Virus record (IMG/VR): IMGVR_UViG_3300047382_000771
Span: 96,001-160,000 of that record
Source of the DNA: a virus
Taxonomy: Duplodnaviria; Caudoviricetes
Strand: one strand, 5' to 3'
Length of the DNA stretch: 64,000 nt
The translations under genes were made by a program, and so were the position numbers. Of the stretch, positions 47,314 to 56,739 are shown piece by piece; position 1 is the first letter of the stretch, and each line of letters begins with the position of its first letter. Under the pieces are notes generated by a model. The model had not been told where the DNA came from and made no database searches. It worked only from the letters and a program-made list of their open reading frames with translations.

Positions 47314-48743
47314 TTTAATCTGTCGATGTCAATTTCAACAATATTTGATTCGTCAAGCACTCTTATTACTTCTAAATCTTCAGGAGCATCAACATCTTCA
47401 AGAACCCTAGTAATATCAAAATCATGCGGAGTATGCTTGTGTGAAGGAGTACATTTGTCATCTCTCCAATTTGGAAATGAACCGCTAGCAAACACTCCAT
47501 GCTCAGTACCCACACAGAATGTAAAACTACAAGATACGGTAGATTGAGAACCTCCTATACCTGCGTTTAAAGAGTAACTTTCAAATTTAGCATTATCAAT
47601 AACAAAACGCATAAAGCTATCTTTACTCCTAGAAGGCAAACAAGATATAGTACAACTGTTATTTAATAATAAATCTATTTTGTATTCTCTATCACTGCAT
47701 AACATTGGCTTAATATTCCCAGTGTTAAAAGCGCTAGATAATAGTTCAATAGTAAGGGAGCCGATTTGAGGTAATTTTAACCTTCTACCATAGACATGTA
47801 AAGATTCCATTCCGTATAAATCTTCCCTCTCGAAGGGAACACTCAAATCAAAAGCTTGTATATTTGCGTGACCTCTAGAGCATTCCCCGACATAATCCCC
47901 AGAGATTATTGGTCCCCCAAACTCTAAATTATCTAATTCGATTGTAATCCCACCAGGTGCTATTGCCGATGTAGCGGATTTATATATATTAGGGTCAAAA
48001 ACGTACCCAGTCCCTTCTATAATAGAAGCTCTACCTGTTAGGTCTAAAGATGGGATTGGGACTCCAGAAACTTTTTCGATCTGCTCGTCTCCTTGTAGTG
48101 TAACTTTTCCAGCCTCTTCTTGGAGTCTTATGAAATCAAAATCATTTACATCTTCATTGTTGAGTAGGCTAGCCAGCTCTTTAAGCTCTCTCTCAAACTC
48201 AAAAGACCCGACACAAGAATAAGTCATGTTAGAGCAAGCCATAGATACATTAGCTGTAGCAAAAGAGCCTACAGATGCACTGACGGAATAGTTTGTTATA
48301 AAACAATTACCAAACCCTGCTGCGTCTGTACCCCCGAAATTATTATCCTGCCTATAATAACTAACTAAATCAAAAGGCTCTTCTCCTACTAAAAAATAAG
48401 CCGATTTATCTTCTTTAATTCCCTTGTGAATTGTGCCATTCATGGGGTCATATCCAGACGCAATATTTAAACCCATGACATGCTCTTCATGTCCGTCTGT
48501 TAAGAAGTATTGAAAACTCAGATCAATTGTCGGCTGAGAAATTACTTTTCTAGCAAGGTAGTCATCCGACCCTATTTGAGCTACATCTTGCCTGACAGCG
48601 GAAACATTAAAAGTTGCCGTCTGAACCCTGTTAAGAAATGTTAATACATCTGAGTCGGGTTTATGTGCTGGAGAATCTGTAAGAAATAATCCTACAGAGT
48701 TGTATCTTATAGCGTTCCGTATATGTTTAGGGGAGGTGGACAT
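47310..48743 (-). CDS. tail tube protein paralogue 3
   Basis: RNAIRYNSVGLF...LNRVQTATF...RQDVAQIG...PTIDLSFQYFLTDG...GFGNCFITNYSVSASVG aligns by eye with 50287-51843 and 51878-53437. Confidence 0.65.
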   Translation of the reverse strand: MSTSPKHIRNAIRYNSVGLFLTDSPAHKPDSDVLTFLNRVQTATFNVSAVRQDVAQIGSDDYLARKVISQPTIDLSFQYFLTDGHEEHVMGLNIASGYDPMNGTIHKGIKEDKSAYFLVGEEPFDLVSYYRQDNNFGGTDAAGFGNCFITNYSVSASVGSFATANVSMACSNMTYSCVGSFEFERELKELASLLNNEDVNDFDFIRLQEEAGKVTLQGDEQIEKVSGVPIPSLDLTGRASIIEGTGYVFDPNIYKSATSAIAPGGITIELDNLEFGGPIISGDYVGECSRGHANIQAFDLSVPFEREDLYGMESLHVYGRRLKLPQIGSLTIELLSSAFNTGNIKPMLCSDREYKIDLLLNNSCTISCLPSRSKDSFMRFVIDNAKFESYSLNAGIGGSQSTVSCSFTFCVGTEHGVFASGSFPNWRDDKCTPSHKHTPHDFDITRVLEDVDAPEDLEVIRVLDESNIVEIDIDRLK

Positions 48744-48769
48744 ACATAATGTATATACACCTCCCCTAA
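48727..48769 (-). promoter_or_regulatory. perfect 12-bp inverted repeat enclosing the SD and start codon of 47310-48743
   Basis: + strand ttaggggaggtg (48727-48738) and cacctcccctaa (48758-48769); 19-nt loop contains the ATG (48741-48743). Confidence 0.8.
48755..48760 (-). promoter_or_regulatory. GTGTAT motif upstream of tube paralogue 3
   Basis: atacac on +, 11 nt before ATG 48743. Confidence 0.4.
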
Positions 48770-48795
48770 GAAAGTAAGAATACTAAATTCTTATT

Positions 48796-50268
48796 TTAGT
48801 AACGATAAATAAGAGTTTGATCAGTTGTTGGAGGAAATGTTTCTCTCCACACCAAATCACTAGATCCATTTTCTGTAGCAATGCCTCCACTACTGTAACT
48901 GATGTTAGCTCTTCCAGCTGTACCGTCGAGACGGAATTGATTATCATTAACAACGTCAATTGTAAAACTTCCATCGTATGCAACATCTACACCAGAGATT
49001 ACAATCGTATCTCCATCTGTTAGCCCATGAGCTGATACAGTTACTACGGCGTCCGTAGTAGCTTGAGCAGATGCAAAGGATTCAATTTCTAAAGCCCTAA
49101 CAGTATTGGATCCTCCTGAAGCTACATAACTTCCAGCATAATTTCCTGCTGGGTCAGCACCTGCAACACCTGCAGAACCTACTGATTGATCATAGTCTTC
49201 GATGAAGTTTTCTGAAAGAAGATTCCAGTAATCAAGGTCTGCAAGATCGTTAGCTGTCGTGATAGCTAATACTGCAGCATCAGTAGCAGTAGCTGTACCA
49301 GATGAAAACTGCAAAGGAGTAGCGAGCGCTGGAATTTCTTCCCAGTATTCGTTACTTGCAGAAGGATCAGCTAAACGTGTGATCTGTGCGGCATCAAGAA
49401 GGTCAGCGACCTCTGTAGTCTCTAAAGCATAACCTGTGGAATTTGAAAGAATAACTTGAACTCCACCAGTATTAAGCGCCCATACATAACTTGCCAAGCT
49501 TCCTGAAACGACTGCACTTTGGTCTGCGAAGATAGCACTTGTAAATGTATTTGCATCAGTGAAATCTACATCGCCTGCAGTAGAGTTAAGGTAGTAACCA
49601 GCGGCGCTAGGAGCAGTTCCAGCTCCGATGTCATCACCAGCATAATAAAACCATGCTCCGCTTGGTACTATACTAGTAGCGGAAATCTTACCGAAGTAAG
49701 GAGCTGTAAACCTCCTATGTCCACCTGTTCCAGCAAAAGTAAAATCAAGGACATTAACAGTTCCGCCACCTGTGAAGGCAGCAGCTACAATATCAGATGT
49801 AAGTAAAGCAGGGACTAATGTTTTGTCTGAAATTAAAATATTCTCATCGACATAAGCATCCGTAGTGGTGGAATCATTAACTCCGCCAGTAAAGATTTCA
49901 TAAGAGCGTTTAAAATATTTGTTGTTCTTCTTGTAAAGCCCATCGGCATCAAAAGCTTCCATTTCCGCAGAAGTGGTAGCTGTTGTGTCAATTGCAGCAA
50001 GATCTCCATTTTTAACTAAGTTAAAAGAAGATTGTGATTCAAGAATAGAAGTGTGTGCATCTCCAAGGTCGTCAACAGTTGTGAACCTCATAAGGTCACC
50101 TGCGACGATATTAAATCCAGCAGCTGTAGCTGGGTCATATTCTTTGGCGGCCCATCGGCACTCATAAACGAAACCTTCTGTGGCTCCACTATCTGTTGCG
50201 TCGAAGGAATTTAACACTGTTTCGCCTTTGGCGACTTGGGCTAATGCTGATTGTTTTAGTAAACTCAT
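48796..50268 (-). CDS. Ala/Thr-rich structural protein, probable tail or head appendage
   Basis: 490 aa next to the tube genes; C-terminal VTVSAHGLTDGDTIVISGV..YDGSFTIDVVNDNQFRL beta domain shared with 54092-54781. Confidence 0.55.
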   Translation of the reverse strand: MSLLKQSALAQVAKGETVLNSFDATDSGATEGFVYECRWAAKEYDPATAAGFNIVAGDLMRFTTVDDLGDAHTSILESQSSFNLVKNGDLAAIDTTATTSAEMEAFDADGLYKKNNKYFKRSYEIFTGGVNDSTTTDAYVDENILISDKTLVPALLTSDIVAAAFTGGGTVNVLDFTFAGTGGHRRFTAPYFGKISATSIVPSGAWFYYAGDDIGAGTAPSAAGYYLNSTAGDVDFTDANTFTSAIFADQSAVVSGSLASYVWALNTGGVQVILSNSTGYALETTEVADLLDAAQITRLADPSASNEYWEEIPALATPLQFSSGTATATDAAVLAITTANDLADLDYWNLLSENFIEDYDQSVGSAGVAGADPAGNYAGSYVASGGSNTVRALEIESFASAQATTDAVVTVSAHGLTDGDTIVISGVDVAYDGSFTIDVVNDNQFRLDGTAGRANISYSSGGIATENGSSDLVWRETFPPTTDQTLIYRY

Positions 50269-50286
50269 TTTAATTATTCCTGTCTA

Positions 50287-51843
50287 TTAGTTAATGTAGT
50301 TCATGGCAATCTTAGACTCGTAGTACTTAGTGCCTACTTGAATGACTTTGCCAGCAAGATATTGTCTTGAAATATCGAAAGGTTCCGCATCGGGTGGTAC
50401 CTCAGAAAAGAAAGGAACATTTTCCTCACCTTGTTCATTGATCCATGCTGGAGGAATGCCTGGGATAGAAGCTTTAGTATTTTCTTTGCCCCATAGGAAT
50501 AATCCTCTATTAGCATCATCGGCTCCACCAATTTGGGTAGAAAATACCAAGTCAACACTTTTATTTTCTCCGATAGAAGAACTAAAGTTTTCAGACTCAA
50601 GTCTAGCTCCCTTTAATGTGAATTTAATAGCTTCTGCATCAGACTTAACTTCACATCCATAACATTCTGGATCAAATACTGTGACAGACACTTCGTGTTC
50701 ATCGCATCCGCAAAGAAGATCAATCATGTTTCCTGCTTGTAAATCGGAAAGTGTCGCACTAACATTGAATGTCGCTGTTAATGGGAAGTCGATTGACTTA
50801 GAAAAACCAAATGTAGAACCAAGACGTTGCAAGGTTGTTCTAGCTAAAGGAAGGTTGATAGCACAAGACTGGATATGAGCACTTCCACGAACTGGAGCGT
50901 CAAGACTTCCTGTTACCTGCTTACTAATCAACGATTGTCCAGCTAAATCTAGAACCACATCTCCTGGTCGAAGGGCTGCGGTATCTTCGCATCCTGCATA
51001 ACCACTGTCCGCTTGAGGAAGAGAGAATAATCCAGTACAACCTGGTGCTGAAGCTGGCTTGCATTTACCGCGTTCTCCGTTGTGCCATGCATCACTAATT
51101 ACAGCTGAATTAGCTGTGTCAACAGAAGGAAGGTCTAATCCAGTAGCTCCAACGTCACTACGGATATTCATGCCTTCAACCGTGCAGCTTACAGTAGGAA
51201 TACTTCCTACAGAAATGTCAATACTATAGTCGGTAAGAAAACCATTTCCAAGAGAAATAACCGTTTTCTTCTCATCTCTTCCCTCTTCATCCAAAGTAAC
51301 ATCTGCGCCAATTGCATCACGAGCCTCAGGAACAGTTAAGATGAAGAAGTTGTGGCCAGCTTGGTAAAGCTCTGGAGACATAGCTCCACTCAAAGCATTA
51401 GTTACACCATTGGTTACGAATTCAAGCATACGCTCATTGTAGCCATCAAGCAAGTAATAAGAAAAGTCTAAGTTAACAGTTGGGGAGTCAATGACAATAG
51501 AGTCAAGCTTAGAAAGTTGACCGTATTGATTGATGTCTTGTTTGTTGATAGTGAAGCCATAGTTCGCACTCTGGATTCTCTTTAACTGTTTAATGATAGA
51601 ACCGTGGCCTTCTGCATAATTAGCATCAGATCCATCTGGATTCCACTTTGGCCATTGGTCGCCGCAGCGCCATCCAACCATTTGACCCTTTGAATTGACC
51701 CCGCCAGCAGCTTGGTCAGAATTAAGAGGAGGTGTCATTAGACCGTAACCGCCTTTACCAGTAAAATGGTATCCAGTGGAGTCGGGGCTAATGAAGAGCG
51801 CCTCTGATTGATAAATTACTCGATTTCTGTGAATAGATGACAT
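50287..51843 (-). CDS. tail tube protein paralogue 2 (major tail protein candidate)
   Basis: HRNRVIYQSEALF...LKRIQSANYGFTINKQDINQYGQL...SPTVNLDFSYYL; position between neck genes and TMP. Confidence 0.72.
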   Translation of the reverse strand: MSSIHRNRVIYQSEALFISPDSTGYHFTGKGGYGLMTPPLNSDQAAGGVNSKGQMVGWRCGDQWPKWNPDGSDANYAEGHGSIIKQLKRIQSANYGFTINKQDINQYGQLSKLDSIVIDSPTVNLDFSYYLLDGYNERMLEFVTNGVTNALSGAMSPELYQAGHNFFILTVPEARDAIGADVTLDEEGRDEKKTVISLGNGFLTDYSIDISVGSIPTVSCTVEGMNIRSDVGATGLDLPSVDTANSAVISDAWHNGERGKCKPASAPGCTGLFSLPQADSGYAGCEDTAALRPGDVVLDLAGQSLISKQVTGSLDAPVRGSAHIQSCAINLPLARTTLQRLGSTFGFSKSIDFPLTATFNVSATLSDLQAGNMIDLLCGCDEHEVSVTVFDPECYGCEVKSDAEAIKFTLKGARLESENFSSSIGENKSVDLVFSTQIGGADDANRGLFLWGKENTKASIPGIPPAWINEQGEENVPFFSEVPPDAEPFDISRQYLAGKVIQVGTKYYESKIAMNYIN

Positions 51844-51877
51844 GATTTTTTTTCCTCGTGTATTAATGTATTAAAGT

Positions 51878-53437
51878 TTAAGCCCTATAACCTAAGATTT
51901 GCGCATCCGTGATACCATTACCAAGAAGATCTGCAGCGACAGCTGCAGTTAAAGCTCCGTCACTTGGATGTGTTGGTATATTTACCGCTCCTCCTGCTCC
52001 TGTCCATGCTGGAGGGATGCCTTTATGGGAGTTTTGGCTAGCACTATAGCCAGACAAAAATACTCCATTTCTTGAATCATCTGCTCCTCCTACTTGTACT
52101 GTAAATGTCATATCTACAGTTTTATTGTCGCCGATTGTTGATGAAAAATTCTCAGACTCTAGACGACAGCCTTTAAACCCAAACTTCATGGCAGCTTCAC
52201 CTGTTTTCAGGTTACAAGAAGCACACTCTGGTGGGTAAATTGTTACAGTTAAATCTACAGATCCACATTCACATAATAGATCAGCAACATTTCCACGCTT
52301 CACATCTGCGAGAGATGCCGAAACATTCATTGTTGCTGTAATGGGTACATCGATAGATTTCGAAAATCCAAAAGTATTACCAAGTCTTTGGAGCGTGGTC
52401 CTAGACATTGGAATGTTCATTGAAACAGACTGGATATGAGCAGTACCCTTTTGAGGTACATGACTATCTCCAGAATTCGTAATTGCAATAAGAGATGAGT
52501 CTTTTAAATCTACCACAACATCTCCAGGCCTAAGTGCCGCAATATCGCCACACCCTGAAAAACCAGTTACTGCTGCGGGTAATGAATAAAGCCCCGTGCA
52601 TGTGTTTGGATCACTGTGTATAACTTGATTGTTGTCATTATCATACTCCCATGCATCACTAATTTTAGAACCGTCGGTTAACCTAATGGCTGGAAGATTT
52701 AATCCAGTTTCTCCAATATCACTTTGCATATTCATGCCTTCAACAGTTACATTGGCTGTAGGAATAGAGCCTACGGCTACATCAATATTATAGTCTGTAA
52801 TAAATCCGTTACCTAATGCTATTACTGTTTTCGATGTTGAACCGAATCCTGATTCAGTATCAAGTCTAACATCTCCAGCTACCGCATCACGGGCTTCAGG
52901 TACAGTTAGTAAGAAAAAGTTGTTTCCAGCTTGGTAAAGCTCAGGGGACAGTGCTCCGCTCAAAGAGTTTGTTCCCCCATCAATATTAAATTCTAGTAAT
53001 CTTTCGTTTTCTCCATCAATAAGGAAATAACTAAAATCCATGTTTACAGTTGGCTGTTCTGTAACAATTGAGTCAAGCCTAGATAGTTGGCCGAACTGAT
53101 TGATATCAACCCTGTTTACAGTGAATCCGTAATTAACAGACTGGATTCTTTTTAGCTGCTTAATAATTGAACCATGGTCTTTAGCAAGATTAACGTCATG
53201 CTTAGGGTCGTCGTAAGGAAAAGCGTTCCATTTTGGCCAAGCTGCTTGCGTATCATTCGGGTGCCAACCGCAGAGATATTCGCCCAGGGTACTGGACCCT
53301 GCGATTTCGGTACGGGTTTTGGGGGGAGTCATTAGACCCATTCCTCCGTTTCCCGTGAAGTGATAACCTGTGGCGTCTGGACTTAGAAATAAAGCTTCAG
53401 ACTGGTAAATTACTCGGTTTCTGTGAATTGCAGGCAT
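51878..53437 (-). CDS. tail tube protein paralogue 1
   Basis: Colinear and highly similar to 50287-51843 (HRNRVIYQSEALF, HGSIIKQLKRIQS, ALRPGDVV.DL, RTTLQRLG.TFGFSKSID). Confidence 0.72.
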   Translation of the reverse strand: MPAIHRNRVIYQSEALFLSPDATGYHFTGNGGMGLMTPPKTRTEIAGSSTLGEYLCGWHPNDTQAAWPKWNAFPYDDPKHDVNLAKDHGSIIKQLKRIQSVNYGFTVNRVDINQFGQLSRLDSIVTEQPTVNMDFSYFLIDGENERLLEFNIDGGTNSLSGALSPELYQAGNNFFLLTVPEARDAVAGDVRLDTESGFGSTSKTVIALGNGFITDYNIDVAVGSIPTANVTVEGMNMQSDIGETGLNLPAIRLTDGSKISDAWEYDNDNNQVIHSDPNTCTGLYSLPAAVTGFSGCGDIAALRPGDVVVDLKDSSLIAITNSGDSHVPQKGTAHIQSVSMNIPMSRTTLQRLGNTFGFSKSIDVPITATMNVSASLADVKRGNVADLLCECGSVDLTVTIYPPECASCNLKTGEAAMKFGFKGCRLESENFSSTIGDNKTVDMTFTVQVGGADDSRNGVFLSGYSASQNSHKGIPPAWTGAGGAVNIPTHPSDGALTAAVAADLLGNGITDAQILGYRA

Positions 53438-53508
53438 TTTATATACTATGGTTTAATTGTGTTTACTTGCTAAGAATTACATTATCTTTTTCATAATGTG
53501 AAATAAAA

Positions 53509-54090
53509 TTATTCTTGTTCATTTTGGTTATCGCAAAGATTCAAGCAGTCATCACCAATAGCTTGCCTAGGTACAGATCCATACATATTATATGCATATA
53601 TCAAATCTTTTAATCTGCTATCTACTACCTTTGACATGTCTTGGAATTTTGCACTAACACTCGTTTTGTTTACAGCTGAATTAGAAAGAGACGCAGAACT
53701 TCTTTTTATTACTGTGTCACCTTCTCTTAATTCAATCCAATCGTTATCTGCTTGAGCCGCGCTTGTTGTAGTAGAGGCGGTAGCATTATTATTAGTAGCT
53801 ACATTGCTATCGTATATTCCTCTAAGTATTTTTTGAGACTCTCTTCTATTATAATCTCTTAGGTATATTAATTGAAGTATTTCTGATTCCTCATACTGTA
53901 ATCTTGGGTATGGGTTTCCATCGTCACCAGTAAAATGAAAGCTTTGGTTAATTAATGCATTCAGCTCCCCCAATCTACCACTCAATGTTCCAGAGATTGT
54001 TTGTAATTCCGCAGTCCTGTTGTCTGCCCCAGTAATGTAAGCGAATTCATATTCCATTAATCCGCTCGCTATTTGTCCTATTTGATTCAT
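53509..54090 (-). CDS. putative head-tail adaptor/connector
   Basis: Helical 193-aa protein with WIELREGDTVIKRS beta hairpin; size and position fit an adaptor. Confidence 0.4.
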   Translation of the reverse strand: MNQIGQIASGLMEYEFAYITGADNRTAELQTISGTLSGRLGELNALINQSFHFTGDDGNPYPRLQYEESEILQLIYLRDYNRRESQKILRGIYDSNVATNNNATASTTTSAAQADNDWIELREGDTVIKRSSASLSNSAVNKTSVSAKFQDMSKVVDSRLKDLIYAYNMYGSVPRQAIGDDCLNLCDNQNEQE

Positions 54091-54091
54091 T

Positions 54092-54781
54092 TTATAATAT
54101 TCCTTCTACCCTGCCCCATGCATTTTCTCCATCTATATTTAAATAAAGAGCAGGCTTTTTGTCGTAATATACTTCTTTAACAGTAGATAAGTTTATTGAT
54201 AATCCTGATTCGAGTTTCCTTGTGTCGTATTCTTTTTGGTAAATATCTAATCTATACCCACCTCTTTTCCAACAAAGACCTCCTTCTCCTGGGTAAATAT
54301 TAGCATGGTCTGCACTACCCCTAGTTCCTTTGAGGAAAAAAGAATCTTCATCTATCACTTCTATTTCCCATTTTTGATTAACAGTAACATCTACATTAAA
54401 TATTTCTACATCATCAAAATCTAAAAAACCATGCTGTGGGCAAGTTATAATACAATTAGCAGCATCTGTTTGCGGTATAACATCTACAATATTAATTTGA
54501 ATATCAATCTCTGTAATTTCATAGTCAGCTGCACCAATTCCTTGACCACCACAATATAGCACCTTAGACTCTGGTTCAAATACAAACGCTTTTGGTTTTT
54601 CTACAATAACTAGCTGGTTACTATCTTTATCGTATGTAACTTTAGTGGTAATCATCGCATCTGAAATCGCACACATAAATGTCTCATTAATACCTATGTC
54701 TGTTGGACTTGCTACGGGAATCAAATAACCAGTAGTTGGAACTATTGGTTCTAATTGTCGTATCTTTCTAAACCCTAACAT
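54092..54781 (-). CDS. hypothetical virion protein
   Basis: RKIRQL N-terminal motif; IITCPQHGFLDFDDVEIFNV...WEIEVIDEDSFFL domain homologous to the C-terminus of 48796-50268. Confidence 0.55.
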   Translation of the reverse strand: MLGFRKIRQLEPIVPTTGYLIPVASPTDIGINETFMCAISDAMITTKVTYDKDSNQLVIVEKPKAFVFEPESKVLYCGGQGIGAADYEITEIDIQINIVDVIPQTDAANCIITCPQHGFLDFDDVEIFNVDVTVNQKWEIEVIDEDSFFLKGTRGSADHANIYPGEGGLCWKRGGYRLDIYQKEYDTRKLESGLSINLSTVKEVYYDKKPALYLNIDGENAWGRVEGIL

Positions 54782-55704
54782 AATTTTGACTCTAGTTTAT
54801 TTATTCTTTCTTCTTGGTTTTTTATACACTCTATTAAAAGTGGAATTATCTTATGATAAGCTACTGTAAGTTCCCCTCTACTATTTGGCTCAACAGCTTC
54901 AGGAATTATAGATTCGATTTCTTGAGCTATAACTCCTATATCTTCTTCACCATTTTTATTGGTTTTATCATTCCAAGTAAAAGTTACACCATTTATTCCA
55001 TCTATCAAAGATATAGGGTTTTGTATTTTTTTAACATTATTTTTTAGAGATATGTCTGATGTATAGACTGCACCTTCTGATGAAGCGCCCCAATTAGTTA
55101 TAGATAAAGTTCCGTCCGCTGAAGCAGATAATCCTCCTCCGACTTTTACCCCTCCTAAAACACTATTAGTTGCAATAGGGAGGCTGTCAAGCGCTGCACT
55201 TAGTATACCATTACTATCTATATTTAACCCGTCCCCAACTCTTATAACTCCTATAGAACTATCAGAAGCAACCCTGAATGCATCGTAATTTAATGTAGTG
55301 GTTCCATCTGAAGTTACTAAAAAACCATTGCCTACTTTAATTCCACCCAAAGTAGTTGCTGTCGCTTTAGGTAAAACATTGTAGGTCTCATCAAAAAATT
55401 GATTCAAAGTAAAAGAGGCTAGCTCGGTTTGGTTGCCATCCTCAAGGATTATTTTTGAGTCTTCTATAACTCCTGTTGCAACAGGCACCCCACTTACCTT
55501 AAGAAATTCTGTGAAATCCCCTCCTCTCACATATCCAGTAAAGTCTCTAGCCGTACCAGAGAACATATCATCACAAGTAAACGAACGGGTTTCATATGGC
55601 ATGTCTGGGTGATTTATCGCAATAGCCAATAAATTCTCCCCAGTAAAGTCTTCTGGTGATCCGCTAGGTAAATTTCTAAGTTTGATTAATCCCATATATC
55701 TCAT
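54775..55704 (-). CDS. trimeric fibre protein with C-terminal S74 intramolecular chaperone
   Basis: Three [LF]xxAxxxx[LI]Gx[IV]xVGxG[LF]xxxxxGxx[ST] repeats, then SDISLKNNV...GVIAQEIESIIPEAV...VAYHKIIPLLIECIK..EERINKLE; true start may be the second ATG at 55695. Confidence 0.85.
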   Translation of the reverse strand: MRYMGLIKLRNLPSGSPEDFTGENLLAIAINHPDMPYETRSFTCDDMFSGTARDFTGYVRGGDFTEFLKVSGVPVATGVIEDSKIILEDGNQTELASFTLNQFFDETYNVLPKATATTLGGIKVGNGFLVTSDGTTTLNYDAFRVASDSSIGVIRVGDGLNIDSNGILSAALDSLPIATNSVLGGVKVGGGLSASADGTLSITNWGASSEGAVYTSDISLKNNVKKIQNPISLIDGINGVTFTWNDKTNKNGEEDIGVIAQEIESIIPEAVEPNSRGELTVAYHKIIPLLIECIKNQEERINKLESKLC

Positions 55705-55710
55705 GGGATA

Positions 55711-55716
55711 TTACAC
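55711..55716 (-). promoter_or_regulatory. GTGTAA motif upstream of the S74 fibre gene
   Basis: ttacac on +, 6 nt before ATG 55704. Confidence 0.45.
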
Positions 55717-55738
55717 CTATATTTATATCAGGCGAATA

Positions 55739-56725
55739 TTAAAAACCGTTTAAATCCATCAAGTCTTTCATGGATAACCTGCCACCTTTAGCTTTGGCTG
55801 CTTCATGCATAGACTTTTGGCTTGACTGCGTTTCGACACCCATATCTTCGTAATCTTGTTTTGTGGCCCCAACTACAGAAGATACTCCACCTTCATTATT
55901 TTTTAATTTTTGCTCCATCTTTTCTCGGCTTGATTTGCCTTCTGCATAGTCCAATAACGCTGATGGGTTAGTTTTTACTCTTTCTGGGATATCTTTATTG
56001 GTTTCAAATATGTTTTTGAATATTTTTGTATAAATCAACAAGTGAAGCTGGAAATTAGTTAAATACACCACAGGCTTACCGTAAAAATCGTTTGAGGTTT
56101 CAGAAAAAGTATAGTAAGTTTTAAAAAAATCTTGAATAGCTAAATACTGTATTGACTCTTCAGAGAATCTTTCATTGAATTCATTATATGCAGATATCAT
56201 TGATTTTAATGTTTCATCATCTAGGAACTCAAATTCTTCTTCTGTATACAAGGGCTCTTTCTGCCTCACATCTTTGTAAAAAGATTTAGTTATATAATAA
56301 TCATTAGCCCTATTAGTTGCGTATCTCTCTGCCGAGTTTGAAATGATAATTTCCTTCTTTGCTTTCAAGACCTGAACATGCGCCTCTGCATCTTCTATTT
56401 GAGACTGCAATGTATCCTTTACCGACTGTAGAACCATTTCACTTTTAGTCGCTTTTAAATTCTTTATGAAATGCTCTTTTTCTACAATAACTTGATCGTC
56501 ATTAGGATCCCATTCACCAGCTTCTATTTGTTCTTCTAATACATCTTTTTCTTCAGGCATACCTTTCTGGATAGCATAATCTAGAAAGTTTTTATATACT
56601 AGGTCGTAATCTACAACATCAGATATTTTCTTGTGTTGTATGTATACTCTTTTGTGCTTAATGAATGCGGTTGAGCATCCATCAATTATTTCTACGAAAT
56701 TTCTTCTGTATTCAGACTGTTCCAC
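55739..56725 (-). CDS. hypothetical helical protein, possible tail assembly chaperone
   Basis: 328-aa charged helical ORF with GTG start in the tail module. Confidence 0.45.
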   Translation of the reverse strand: MEQSEYRRNFVEIIDGCSTAFIKHKRVYIQHKKISDVVDYDLVYKNFLDYAIQKGMPEEKDVLEEQIEAGEWDPNDDQVIVEKEHFIKNLKATKSEMVLQSVKDTLQSQIEDAEAHVQVLKAKKEIIISNSAERYATNRANDYYITKSFYKDVRQKEPLYTEEEFEFLDDETLKSMISAYNEFNERFSEESIQYLAIQDFFKTYYTFSETSNDFYGKPVVYLTNFQLHLLIYTKIFKNIFETNKDIPERVKTNPSALLDYAEGKSSREKMEQKLKNNEGGVSSVVGATKQDYEDMGVETQSSQKSMHEAAKAKGGRLSMKDLMDLNGF

Positions 56726-56733
56726 ATAGAGTC

Positions 56734-56739
56734 TTACAC
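56734..56739 (-). promoter_or_regulatory. GTGTAA motif upstream of 55739-56725
   Basis: Formed by the last codon and stop of the upstream gene, 8 nt before GTG 56725. Confidence 0.35.

Noticed and set aside
47310-53437. Tail sheath or contractile injection system (tailocin/eCIS)
   Set aside because: No sheath or baseplate wedge motifs recognised; a capsid gene and lambda-like M/L/K/I/J genes indicate a siphovirus
53479-53499. ACATTAT/ATAATGT inverted repeat upstream of tube paralogue 1
   Set aside because: The stem is almost entirely AT and probably unstable; no terminator T-tract in the gene direction
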